NCBI GenBank assembly: GCA_027065715.1
Contig: JAMONO010000175.1
Span: forward strand, 1 to 59,628
Origin: Flavobacteriales bacterium
GTDB taxonomy: Bacteria; Bacteroidota; Bacteroidia; Flavobacteriales; Flavobacteriaceae
DNA: 59,628 nucleotides
Direction of reading: 5' to 3'
The notes under the pieces were generated by a model. The model ran no database searches. It was not told the DNA's origin and saw only the letters and a program-made list of their open reading frames with translations. Made by a program: the position numbers and the translations under genes. Below are positions 49,710-58,413 of the stretch, piece after piece. Position 1 is the first letter of the stretch, and every line of letters starts with the position of its first letter.

Positions 49710-50278
49710 CGGCTCAAATATTTTTCCAATATTTTATGAACCTGACCGCTGTTCCAGTCTGCGGCTCCTGTTTTTCGAACTACAATCTTGCCTTTTTTGT
49801 CAATAATAAAAGTAGTGGGAATGGAAGAAGATTGTAAAACTTCGGGCATGGCAGCAGTAACAAAATAAACCGGAATATCCAAATTGTTTTTTTGCAAAAA
49901 AGCTTGCACTTTTTCGGGCTTGTCATGGGCTATAAAAACAAAAATCACTTGATTTTTATATTGTTTATACAAGTGTTGCAAACCGGGCATTTCCGCCACA
50001 CAAGGCGGGCACCAAGTTGCCCAATTGTTCAACACAATGACGTTATTTTGAAACTGTGAGAAATCGGTTTCATTGCCATGCAGGTCTATCAAGTTCCAAT
50101 TGTAATTGTTTAATGAAACTTGTTTATCGGCATCTATTTCAAGGGTTTCAACTCGCGAAGTAATATATGACACGCCTTTGATAAGCAAAGTACGCAAAGG
50201 CATGCCGGGTGGCGTAAACATAAATATCAGTAAGCCGAAAAAAAGCAGATTAGACCAATGTTTTTTTATAAAATTCAT
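49706..50278 (-). CDS. TlpA-like thiol:disulfide oxidoreductase (thioredoxin fold), membrane-anchored
   Basis: WATWCPPCVAEMP (CxxC). The start is trimmed to the ATG at 50278 (MNFIKKHWSNLLFFGLLIF) because the longer ORF runs into tRNA-Ala. It overlaps the kdsB start by 4 nt. Confidence 0.8.
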   Translation of the reverse strand: MNFIKKHWSNLLFFGLLIFMFTPPGMPLRTLLIKGVSYITSRVETLEIDADKQVSLNNYNWNLIDLHGNETDFSQFQNNVIVLNNWATWCPPCVAEMPGLQHLYKQYKNQVIFVFIAHDKPEKVQAFLQKNNLDIPVYFVTAAMPEVLQSSSIPTTFIIDKKGKIVVRKTGAADWNSGQVHKILEKYLSR

Positions 50279-50344
50279 AAGATTATTCTTTAAAACAAAG
50301 ATAAATAAAAAAATCGTCCGCCAAAAACGAACGATTTTTATGTG

Positions 50345-50418
50345 TGGAGCCGAAGGGAGTCGAACCCTCGACCTCATGACTGCCAGTCATGCGCTCTAGC
50401 CAACTGAGCTACGGCCCC
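50345..50418 (-). tRNA. tRNA-Ala (anticodon GGC)
   Basis: The minus strand reads GGGGCCGTAGCTCAGTTGGCTAGAGCGCATGACTGGCAGTCATGAGGTCGAGGGTTCGACTCCCTTCGGCTCCA. It has the G3:U70 identity pair and the anticodon loop CTGGCAG. No CCA is encoded. Confidence 0.92.
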
Positions 50419-50468
50419 AAATGCGAGAGCAAAAATAACAAAAAGCTTTTGAATGACAAAAATTATTT

Positions 50469-51065
50469 TTACTCTTTTATTGCTTTTATTTCGATATGCA
50501 GTTCTATTGTATCGGGTACCGTCCAACCGTTTTCATCGTCCGAATATGGACGCTTGGGTGACATACGATAGATACCCCAATCGGTACGGTCGATACTGAA
50601 TTGGTCTGACTTTAAGACAATTGTTTTCTCATCAATTTGAATAGCAGCTTCAAAGCTGATACAATTAGTTATGCCATGTAGGGTAAAATCTCCGGTAAGT
50701 TTGTAACGGTCTGTTTTTATTTTTTCAATTTTTTGCAACTCAAAAACAGCATAAGGATAGGTATCGGCTTCAAAAAATTCGTTTTTCAACGTATTTTCAA
50801 AAATCATAACAGCTGTCCCGTATTGTTTAATGTTCATATCCAAATCTTTTATGGTGTGCATATCGATGATAAACTTACCGCCTACAATTGTATGGTTACC
50901 CGAAAGCACAAAACCGCCGTCTTTGAGTTTTATCAGACCATTGTGTTTGTCGCACTTCCAATAAATATTGCTATGTAGTGTATCTACCCGATAAAAACCG
51001 TATTCGGATTGGGCTTTAATACTTGTAAAGGTTAATAGAAAGAAAAGGATAAATAAATTTTTCAT
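50469..51065 (-). CDS. YceI-like periplasmic (polyisoprenoid-binding family) protein
   Basis: Signal peptide from the ATG at 51065 (MKNLFILFFLLTFTSIKAQ) and YceI-like segments (HSNIYWKC, LTGDFTLHGITN). Confidence 0.75.
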   Translation of the reverse strand: MKNLFILFFLLTFTSIKAQSEYGFYRVDTLHSNIYWKCDKHNGLIKLKDGGFVLSGNHTIVGGKFIIDMHTIKDLDMNIKQYGTAVMIFENTLKNEFFEADTYPYAVFELQKIEKIKTDRYKLTGDFTLHGITNCISFEAAIQIDEKTIVLKSDQFSIDRTDWGIYRMSPKRPYSDDENGWTVPDTIELHIEIKAIKE

Positions 51066-51120
51066 AGGTAAATTGCTTATTGAACCGTATGAAGGCAAAA
51101 TAGCTCCGGTTTTGACTTTT

Positions 51121-52032
51121 TTACTTTGAATCTTGTTTCATATCTTGCCAAATACCGGTTGCCATTCCGTTTTCATCGATAAAAGTTTTGATTTCGTCGG
51201 GAATATTTTTGGCATCTTTAAAATTGGTTCCTTCAAACTCTGTTCCGAAAAAATTACAACCATACAGGTCGGCACCACTCAAATCTGCACCTTGTAAATG
51301 TCCTCCTTGAAAATTGGCATGGCGTAAATTGGCATTGATAAAAGTGGAGCCTTCCAATCCTCCGCCCGTAAAATTGGCAAATGAAAAATCGGTGCTATCC
51401 AATTTTGAATCTTTTAAAACAGCCCGTATAAGCTTGGCTTTAACAGCTTTGCTTCCGGTAAAGTCGGCTCTTACAAATTCGGTATCTTTCATCAGAGCAC
51501 CGCTCATATCACAATTTCGTAACTTGGCAAAATGTCCTTCCATACCAAACATGTTGGCACCTTTAAAAGAAGAATTGCTTAAATCGGCATAATTGACATG
51601 CACGTGAAACAGTCGAGCTTGGTCAAAATTGCAATTGGTCAGATTGGCACCGTCAAACAAAGTCCAACGAATATCAGCCGCTCTAAAATCGCTACCCGAG
51701 AAATCGGAATCGTCGCACTTTGCCGAACGAAAAGAAGCACCTCTAAAATCACCGTTTTTAATACTTACGTCGTTCCAAAAAACTTTATCGAGATTTTCGC
51801 GTCTGAAATCATCACTGTCACGCGGTACGGATTTGATACCTTTTAGACGACTTAGTCCCGTATTTTGTTCTATGATGGAATCGAGTTGATCAGGTTCCAA
51901 AAAGTTTATCAACTCGGGGATATTCGTTGTATCCGATTCTTTGACCCGGGTCGTTTGTGTCGAATTATTTCCTCCGCATGAAAACAATATCATGGCTGAA
52001 AACAACAAGGCAATAAAAATATTTTTTTTCAT
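51121..52032 (-). CDS. Exported pentapeptide-repeat lipoprotein
   Basis: Lipobox (MILFSCGG) followed by about 200 aa of A(D/N)LXX-type pentapeptide repeats (ANLTNCNFDQARLFHVHVNYADLSNSSFKGANMFG...ANLRHANFQGGHLQGADLSGADLYGCNF). Confidence 0.8.
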   Translation of the reverse strand: MKKNIFIALLFSAMILFSCGGNNSTQTTRVKESDTTNIPELINFLEPDQLDSIIEQNTGLSRLKGIKSVPRDSDDFRRENLDKVFWNDVSIKNGDFRGASFRSAKCDDSDFSGSDFRAADIRWTLFDGANLTNCNFDQARLFHVHVNYADLSNSSFKGANMFGMEGHFAKLRNCDMSGALMKDTEFVRADFTGSKAVKAKLIRAVLKDSKLDSTDFSFANFTGGGLEGSTFINANLRHANFQGGHLQGADLSGADLYGCNFFGTEFEGTNFKDAKNIPDEIKTFIDENGMATGIWQDMKQDSK

Positions 52033-52095
52033 TTTTAACAATCTTGATTATTTGATAATTTGACTGTTGTTACAACAATTATTCTACCGGCAGTA

Positions 52096-52926
52096 TTAAA
52101 CCACATCGTGATTTTTAAAATAACGACAACCCGTTATGGCAAATACCAGTCCCAAAACCGTTGGATATGCCAATGAAAATACAATAAATGTAGAACGGCT
52201 AACCGTATCTAAAATATAATAAGATACCGGTCCCATAACGGTTAATTTGGGATCGAACAAAATGAGACTTCCGGTACGAAAAACCTGTAACGGATTAAAT
52301 AAACTGGTTATAATGACCGCATCGGGATTGATACGCATCTTAAGCATAAGACCAATAAGTAGTATATCCATAAATGCCACCAAAAAAAGCCAGATGACAA
52401 AGGCGGTTGAGAGTGCCATTTCTTGCGACTTGGTTATGGTAGATAAAAACATACTCAATCCTAAGAAGAAAAACACCATGGTAGCCAACAATCCGCTATA
52501 CAATATGAACAAATCCCAAGGCACATCCAGGTTTACAACCAATCCCCAAAGTGCTGCTCCTAAAAAGGCAATAAAAACAGGTACGTAAATTACAAAAAAA
52601 CGTCCCAAAAATTTGCCCCAATAATAACTTGAAAAAGAAATGGGAAGCGATAAAAAATACTCCAAAACACCGTTTTCTCTATCGCCTACTACGGAGCGAA
52701 CCGTCGAAATTAGCACATAAATAGGTAATATAACCATACTTACTTGCATAAAGGTAATCATAAGGCGACTTAAACCCACAAAACCTACTACCTGCGATTC
52801 GGTAATTCCGGTAGCAAACATAGTGGCAACAAAGCCCCCAAACAACAAACTGTAAATCCAGAAGGACTTGGAACGAAGATTTTGTTTTATATCCGTTTTT
52901 AATACTTGTATTAAAGTCTTATTCAT
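52096..52926 (-). CDS. nosY: ABC-2-type permease NosY
   Basis: A 276-aa protein with six TM segments, within the nosD..nosF..nosL context. Confidence 0.78.
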   Translation of the reverse strand: MNKTLIQVLKTDIKQNLRSKSFWIYSLLFGGFVATMFATGITESQVVGFVGLSRLMITFMQVSMVILPIYVLISTVRSVVGDRENGVLEYFLSLPISFSSYYWGKFLGRFFVIYVPVFIAFLGAALWGLVVNLDVPWDLFILYSGLLATMVFFFLGLSMFLSTITKSQEMALSTAFVIWLFLVAFMDILLIGLMLKMRINPDAVIITSLFNPLQVFRTGSLILFDPKLTVMGPVSYYILDTVSRSTFIVFSLAYPTVLGLVFAITGCRYFKNHDVV

Positions 52927-52980
52927 ATATTTAATTATTTAAAAGAACGAACCGGTGTTCGAGATTGTTTGTTAATAAAA

Positions 52981-53514
52981 TTAATTATTGCCGCCGCACT
53001 TGCCGGGCGCACATTTCATACCTCCGTTTTCGGCGTCTTTACCACTGACCGACATTTTTTTCTTTTTGATAAAATCGGCGCGTTTGGTTTTGCCTTCATC
53101 AATCAATTTTATCACTTGTTCAAAGGTATATTCGGCTTGTTCGGATTTATTTTTTAAAGCACCGTAACCATATCCCATTGGTGTCCTATCACCAAAACGA
53201 TACCAAGCTTTCTCGGCATCAATCCATTTTCCGGTATCGGCATCGCCAATCCATATTTTGTATTTTTTTCCTTTCCACGAATTAAAATCCTGATCACGCA
53301 TATCTTCTGCCAAGCAACCTATATCGTCATACCAGCGTACTTCACCGTTTTCATTTATGGCTTGCACGTCATATTTGGGGTCAGCCATTCCCATTTTGCA
53401 TACGTGACATACGTCACGGTCATAATTTACTTTACGCGGACTAAAGTCCACTTCATGTTTACATTGAACCAATGTAAGCAAGATTAAGCCGGTAAGTATG
53501 ATTATTTTTTTCAT
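52981..53514 (-). CDS. nosL: Copper chaperone lipoprotein NosL
   Basis: Lipobox (LTLVQC) and NosL motifs (DRDVCHVCKMGMADPKYDVQAI, YDDIGCL, TPMGYG). It also carries an unusual C-terminal GGMKCAPGKCGGNN tail. Confidence 0.85.
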   Translation of the reverse strand: MKKIIILTGLILLTLVQCKHEVDFSPRKVNYDRDVCHVCKMGMADPKYDVQAINENGEVRWYDDIGCLAEDMRDQDFNSWKGKKYKIWIGDADTGKWIDAEKAWYRFGDRTPMGYGYGALKNKSEQAEYTFEQVIKLIDEGKTKRADFIKKKKMSVSGKDAENGGMKCAPGKCGGNN

Positions 53515-53557
53515 TTTATTATTTGATTTTTACATTGCAATTGGGTATAAAAGTATC

Positions 53558-54208
53558 TTAGAGTTCTTTATCTACCACTATCTCTCCCAAATCCATCTCT
53601 ATCAACCTGTTTACCAAATTTTTTATTTCATCTACTCTATGGCTACTCAATATCATTAAAGTTTCTTGTGGCAGTTCGTTCAGGTATTTGAACAAGACTT
53701 TTCGAGCTTCGGGGTCGAGGTTTGCCGAAGGTTCGTCCATAAGCAATATTTTAGGATTTCGAGCCAGTGCCAACGATACCAAAAGTTTTTGTTTCATGCC
53801 GCCTGATAACTTTAAAAAAGGTTTGTGTAAATGACTGTTTACATCGAGTTTTAAATCATTGGCAATACGCACAAATTTGTCTTTATCGGTTTTGGTTACT
53901 ATTGAAAAGAAATCCATAATTTCGGCAACTGTCATTTTAAGAGGCGGTGGCAATTGCGGCACAAATCCAACTTCTTGCAAAATTTGTTCACGGTCTGTTC
54001 TTGAATTTTTTTCCAAAACAGACAAAAAGCCTTCATAGGTATATAACCCCAATATACAGCGTATAAGGGTGGTTTTTCCGGCACCGTTTTGTCCTATCAA
54101 AGCTATCCGGTCTCCTTGATAAAAATTGACGGATAAATTTTTGATAACCGCAACTTTATTAAAAACTTTGGTTAGGTTTTTTACTTCAATCAATGCTTTT
54201 TTTTCCAT
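53558..54208 (-). CDS. nosF: ABC transporter ATPase NosF
   Basis: Walker A GQNGAGKTT, signature LSGGMKQK and Walker B LLMDEP, within the nos context. Confidence 0.85.
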   Translation of the reverse strand: MEKKALIEVKNLTKVFNKVAVIKNLSVNFYQGDRIALIGQNGAGKTTLIRCILGLYTYEGFLSVLEKNSRTDREQILQEVGFVPQLPPPLKMTVAEIMDFFSIVTKTDKDKFVRIANDLKLDVNSHLHKPFLKLSGGMKQKLLVSLALARNPKILLMDEPSANLDPEARKVLFKYLNELPQETLMILSSHRVDEIKNLVNRLIEMDLGEIVVDKEL

Positions 54209-54210
54209 AT

Positions 54211-55227
54211 TTATTTCTTATCTTTTTCGTCGGGTATTTCAAGCGGGTGAAGTTCTTGTTTTTCTTCAACGCTTCCCAATATATAACTCGGCGCTTTAAA
54301 TCCGAATGACAAAGCCTCGCCGTAACATACGTCAATACACAATCCGCACTTGGTGCAATCGCCACCGGTAAAGTGGACTTCTTTGGTGGCGGCTCCTTTT
54401 TTTACAAACCACAATTCGTGTGGTACCAAACAAACATCTTGACAATCGGTGCAGTAACCACATTTGTCCAAATCAAACTTGACGCCGATGGGCGATACAT
54501 CACCTATAAAACTGTAAGTAGTTCCAATGGGACAAACATAACGACACCAAAAGCGTTTAACCCCAAAGACTTCAAACAACAAAAGAGCAACAACCCAAAT
54601 CAAAGCCAAGCCGGGTCCGTATATCATGGCTCTGGATAAAATACCTACGGGATTAAGGTTTTCAAAAACCAATTCTTTGGTCAAAAAAGCCAAAAACAAG
54701 AAGCCTATCCAAAAAACATATTTGACGGTAATGTCATAGGTTTTGTCTCTGATTTTTTTCTTTTTGATAAAATAAGCTCTTGCTCGTTCGCCCATTTCGG
54801 CAAAAAAGTGATAGGGACAAACCCATGAACAAAAGGCTCTGCCGCCCAATAACCAATAAAAAGTCATAATTATAAAAAATCCGACCCAAAAATTGGTGGT
54901 CAATAAACCCAAAAATCCCAAACGATTGCCAATAACCAATTCTTGTGCCGAGTTAAAAGGGTCCATTAAATAAATACCGATTAGACGCGAACCGCTCAAC
55001 GAACCTTCCAACACACTCAAATCAAAGGCAAACGAAACCACAAATAAAGTATTGATAAATATCAGGAATGTCCAGCGAATATTACGCCATTTGTGTTTGT
55101 TTTCATGACTATCGTGCCATTCTTTAAAACTAAAACCCAAACGGGCAAAAGGCAAATTATCACGTGATTTTGCCGGAAGAGGCTTTCTTTTTTTATCTCT
55201 GGTTATAAAATCGTATAAAAATGACAT
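54211..55227 (-). CDS. nosH: NapH-like membrane polyferredoxin NosH
   Basis: Four TM helices, CSWVCPY and CRYVCPIG motifs, and two C-terminal 4Fe-4S motifs (CGYCTDCQDVC, CTKCGLCIDVC). It lies adjacent to nosG. Confidence 0.8.
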   Translation of the reverse strand: MSFLYDFITRDKKRKPLPAKSRDNLPFARLGFSFKEWHDSHENKHKWRNIRWTFLIFINTLFVVSFAFDLSVLEGSLSGSRLIGIYLMDPFNSAQELVIGNRLGFLGLLTTNFWVGFFIIMTFYWLLGGRAFCSWVCPYHFFAEMGERARAYFIKKKKIRDKTYDITVKYVFWIGFLFLAFLTKELVFENLNPVGILSRAMIYGPGLALIWVVALLLFEVFGVKRFWCRYVCPIGTTYSFIGDVSPIGVKFDLDKCGYCTDCQDVCLVPHELWFVKKGAATKEVHFTGGDCTKCGLCIDVCYGEALSFGFKAPSYILGSVEEKQELHPLEIPDEKDKK

Positions 55228-55250
55228 AGTTTCAAATTTTTAGGGGTTAA

Positions 55251-56078
55251 TTAAGCAAATTGCGGTTCTTTATCAACCGGTTTAACAACGATAGCCACCG
55301 GATCGGTAGGACAAACCATTTGACATACGCCGCAGCCTACACAACCGTCTTTTACTTTTGGCAAGAATTTTCCGTCTTCCAATTTATCCAAAACTATTGC
55401 CTCATCACCCAAAGGGCAATAAGTTACACACAAATCGCATATTTCGCGATTAACTTCGGTTTCTTGTATTTTGATCCGCTCTTTGGTTCCCGGGGGTCTT
55501 AATATACCTTTATTGCCATGTCCCAATTTGCCTTTATATCCTTGTCCGTGATAAGCTAAGCACTGTGTTGGGTTAGGCACTTCGGCTTCACCTATTTTAT
55601 CGGCGCGTTTCATGGCTAATATTTGCACTTCAAACGGATTAATATCCTTGGGAAATTGTCCGTCGGGATATTTCTTGAATAAAGGTGCTACCGCTTCATT
55701 GCCGGCATGTTTAAAGATTTGAAAATCGATAGCAGCCGTCGGACAAGTCTCTGCACATTGTATCGCATCGCACGAATAATCGCATGCTTGTACATTGGGA
55801 TCAATAAAAGGAGTGCCGTAAGCCAAACCATCATTCCAATCGGCTAACTTAATGGCATGAACCGGACATATTTGCACACAAAGACCACACTTGATACAAG
55901 CAAATAAAAAATCTTTTTCTGCCCGCGAACCCGGCGGACGTAAATAGCCTTTCTCTCTAATATTACTTTTGTCTTTAAAGTAATATGCCGCACTTCCCAC
56001 AACCGCCAGCGAAATAACCGCCGACGCACTTGCTTTGAGGAATTGCCTTCTGTTAATTTTGGTATTGGTTGCAGCCAT
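55251..56078 (-). CDS. nosG: NapG-like periplasmic Tat-exported polyferredoxin NosG
   Basis: Tat signal (RRQFLKASASAV) and four Cys clusters (CIKCGLCVQICP, CDAIQCAETCP, CDLCVTYCP, CVGCGVCQMVCP). Confidence 0.8.
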   Translation of the reverse strand: MAATNTKINRRQFLKASASAVISLAVVGSAAYYFKDKSNIREKGYLRPPGSRAEKDFLFACIKCGLCVQICPVHAIKLADWNDGLAYGTPFIDPNVQACDYSCDAIQCAETCPTAAIDFQIFKHAGNEAVAPLFKKYPDGQFPKDINPFEVQILAMKRADKIGEAEVPNPTQCLAYHGQGYKGKLGHGNKGILRPPGTKERIKIQETEVNREICDLCVTYCPLGDEAIVLDKLEDGKFLPKVKDGCVGCGVCQMVCPTDPVAIVVKPVDKEPQFA

Positions 56079-56095
56079 AAATTAAATTTTTATGA

Positions 56096-56773
56096 TTAAT
56101 TCGGATATTTGTTTTCTAATTGTCGATACAGTGTTTCTGGTGTAATTTCTTTATCTTCTTCAAGTATTTGTTGCATAACCACATTATCCTCAACTCCGTT
56201 CCACCGTTTGATATACTTACCTTCTTTATAACCGTGTTCTTGTCTGAAACGGTTCAAAATATTTTTGCCGATATACAACCGATACAACTCGTCCAAACCG
56301 AGTTTTAAACCGGCAGACATTGTAAAAAATGCAGCTAACCACTTATGCACATCGGTTTGGGTAAACAAAACGGCAATAAAATCTTCCACTTTGCTTATCT
56401 GTTTATACATATTCGTATCGTTATCAAAAACGTCTGCGGCAAAGTTTTCAAATGAAGGCAAATTGTGTATGGCAACCGACAAATCGGACATGCCACCCAA
56501 CCCTTCGACTTTATATACCCTGAGTGCTTCGGACATTACAAAATGCCATATATCGACTATTTCTATTTTGATGTTTTCATAATCGGGTTGTGCATCGATA
56601 TTTTTCCAGTGTTTCCACGGATATGAATCGACCAGTTCGGCAGCTTCCAAATAAATACAACGTCGCCAATCTATAAGTTTGCCTTTGTTGGTCAATCCGT
56701 TTTCCCACCCCTTGCCACTGGTTGTATCGTTTAATTTTTGTTGCAATTGCAACATTTGTTTTATCTTATCCAT
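56096..56773 (-). CDS. dut: Dimeric (all-alpha) dUTPase-family nucleotide pyrophosphatase
   Basis: Motifs LQLQQKLND, WRRCIYLEAAELVDSYPWKHWKN, IEIVDIWHF and YIGKNILNRFRQEHGYKEGKYIKRWNG closely resemble the Campylobacter jejuni dimeric dUTPase as I recall it. Confidence 0.82.
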   Translation of the reverse strand: MDKIKQMLQLQQKLNDTTSGKGWENGLTNKGKLIDWRRCIYLEAAELVDSYPWKHWKNIDAQPDYENIKIEIVDIWHFVMSEALRVYKVEGLGGMSDLSVAIHNLPSFENFAADVFDNDTNMYKQISKVEDFIAVLFTQTDVHKWLAAFFTMSAGLKLGLDELYRLYIGKNILNRFRQEHGYKEGKYIKRWNGVEDNVVMQQILEEDKEITPETLYRQLENKYPN

Positions 56774-56851
56774 ATTAAAAATATAATATATCGAACCGGT
56801 GATCGGCTGCTTGTTGTATAAAAAATTTTAGACAAAAGATGTTTCGTTAAT

Positions 56852-58186
56852 TTATTCTTTTTCAACAGGTTGCCAGTCTCGTTGACGTTTCTTTTTAAAC
56901 TCTTCCAAATTAAAAATCGGTTTGGGGTCTTTCAAAACAAATTGCGGTTTTGAAAAAGGTGCCAATTTTTCCAGATAATCCAAAATACTTAAAATAGGCG
57001 TACCGTAAAAATACTTAATATTTTTATTGAATCGCCATAAACGTGCATGATATTCGTATATTCGATACGGAAAATCACCAATATTGTCGCCGTCTTTGTC
57101 ATATCCGGCATAGTCCCCCCAATAATTGTTTATCCATTTGTTACGATTAGCGGTTCCACCTCCTTGTATAAAAACCTGTGTCAAATTATCGTGAAACATA
57201 TTTTCGCTGAATACATTCCCCTCTTGATCTTTTAAAAATTCAATAGCCGTATTACAAAAAGCAATTTCATTGCCCGAAATGGTGTTGGTTTTCCACGGCA
57301 CAAAAGGAGACACATCGATATAAATACCCCGTGCCGAATACAAAAATTTGTTATCTATAATTTGATTGGAAGATGTTTCTTTCATACCCAAACACATACC
57401 GGTTACTCCTTGACTGTTTTCAATCAAATTATTGTTCATGATTGTTTTTTCGCTATACATCAAAAATATTCCCACCGAAGAATTGGAAAAATGATTATGC
57501 GAAATTTGATTGTTATGCGAATACATAAAATGAATACTGTAACGATTGCCATCACCGTAATTACCTACAAATTGGTTATCGGACGAATACCAAACTACCA
57601 TATCACGCACTTGATGCCAATAGTTTTCTTGCACCAAATTGTGCTTAGAATACCAAAAACGGATAGCATCACCTTTTAGTCCTTTGGGTTTACGCGAGAT
57701 TGAAGTTATATCGTTGTGTTTTATCAATCCGCCTTCGCTCCAAAAAACGTCGATACCAAAAAGTGTTTCTTCTATTTTGTTGTTTTTTACAATAAATCCG
57801 TTGGCTTTTTTCAGTTTTATGGCACAATCTATGCGGTCGGGCGAGTCTCCCGATTCAATAATATGCAAATTTTTTATGGTTACATCGTTCGCTTCAACAT
57901 ACAAAACCGATTTTAGGCTTCGCCCCGAAACGGTGGCTTTTCCTTGACCGTCAATAGTAACATTGGGAGTTCTGATGTATCCGGGACCGTAATAAAATCC
58001 GGGGGTAAGTTTTAAAGTATCTCCGGGTTTTAAAGCATCTAACAAAGGTTGAATGTTTTGCATGTTTTCTTTACTTCCTTTGTAACCTTCAACCGGAGTT
58101 TGTAAACCGGGGTGGTAACTTTTGTCTATTTGTGCTTGTACGGCAATAATAATTAAGAAAGATATGTATGAAAAAATATTTTTCAT
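56852..58186 (-). CDS. nosD: Periplasmic copper-binding beta-helix protein NosD
   Basis: Signal peptide, repeated parallel beta-helix (PbH1-like) segments (NNKIEETLFGIDV, NNLIENSQGVTGM, GNEIAFCNTAIEF), size, and nos context. Confidence 0.85.
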   Translation of the reverse strand: MKNIFSYISFLIIIAVQAQIDKSYHPGLQTPVEGYKGSKENMQNIQPLLDALKPGDTLKLTPGFYYGPGYIRTPNVTIDGQGKATVSGRSLKSVLYVEANDVTIKNLHIIESGDSPDRIDCAIKLKKANGFIVKNNKIEETLFGIDVFWSEGGLIKHNDITSISRKPKGLKGDAIRFWYSKHNLVQENYWHQVRDMVVWYSSDNQFVGNYGDGNRYSIHFMYSHNNQISHNHFSNSSVGIFLMYSEKTIMNNNLIENSQGVTGMCLGMKETSSNQIIDNKFLYSARGIYIDVSPFVPWKTNTISGNEIAFCNTAIEFLKDQEGNVFSENMFHDNLTQVFIQGGGTANRNKWINNYWGDYAGYDKDGDNIGDFPYRIYEYHARLWRFNKNIKYFYGTPILSILDYLEKLAPFSKPQFVLKDPKPIFNLEEFKKKRQRDWQPVEKE

Positions 58187-58205
58187 TTGTGTTACGGTTT
58201 GTTTT

Positions 58206-58224
58206 GTGCGACCCCTTCGGGGTC
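58206..58224 (-). promoter_or_regulatory. GC-rich hairpin in the putative nosD 5' leader
   Basis: The plus-strand sequence is gtgcgaccccttcggggtc, with stem GACCCC/GGGGTC. It lies 20-38 nt upstream of the nosD ATG on the mRNA strand, and its GTGCGACCCC arm is the inverse complement of 58377..58386. Confidence 0.4.
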
Positions 58225-58342
58225 AAAAAATTTACGGGTTTTTATCTCTTCTTCCAACCCAAAAGGGAAAGAAATGAAAAATTAAATCTATGAAAATCTC
58301 AATCCCACTAAAAACTCTCTGAAATTATACGATATACGAAAT

Positions 58343-58389
58343 AAAAAAATAAAAGAAAAGAGGACGACCCCGCAAAGGGGTCGCACCCC
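58343..58389 (-). terminator. Rho-independent terminator after the nosB-like gene
   Basis: On the minus strand, stem GACCCC pairs with GGGGTC around the loop TTTGC, followed by GTCCTCTTTTCTTTTATTTTTTT. An alternative GGGGT-GCG-ACCCC hairpin overlaps its 5' arm. Confidence 0.6.
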
Positions 58390-58413
58390 GTTTAAGTTGT
58401 TATTAACAATTTA

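Noticed and set aside
50279-50377. N-terminal extension of the TlpA-like ORF (ORF track 49706..50377)
   Set aside because: The extension runs into the tRNA-Ala gene (50345..50418) and encodes no signal-like sequence. The internal ATG at 50278 gives a proper membrane anchor.
58226-58365. Tiny ORFs (e.g. MKISIPLKTL) and a possible MITE between the twin GC hairpins
   Set aside because: The ORFs are at most 10 codons with no support. I see no target-site duplication flanking the inverted arms. A repeat-element interpretation cannot be tested without the rest of the genome, so only the hairpins are reported.
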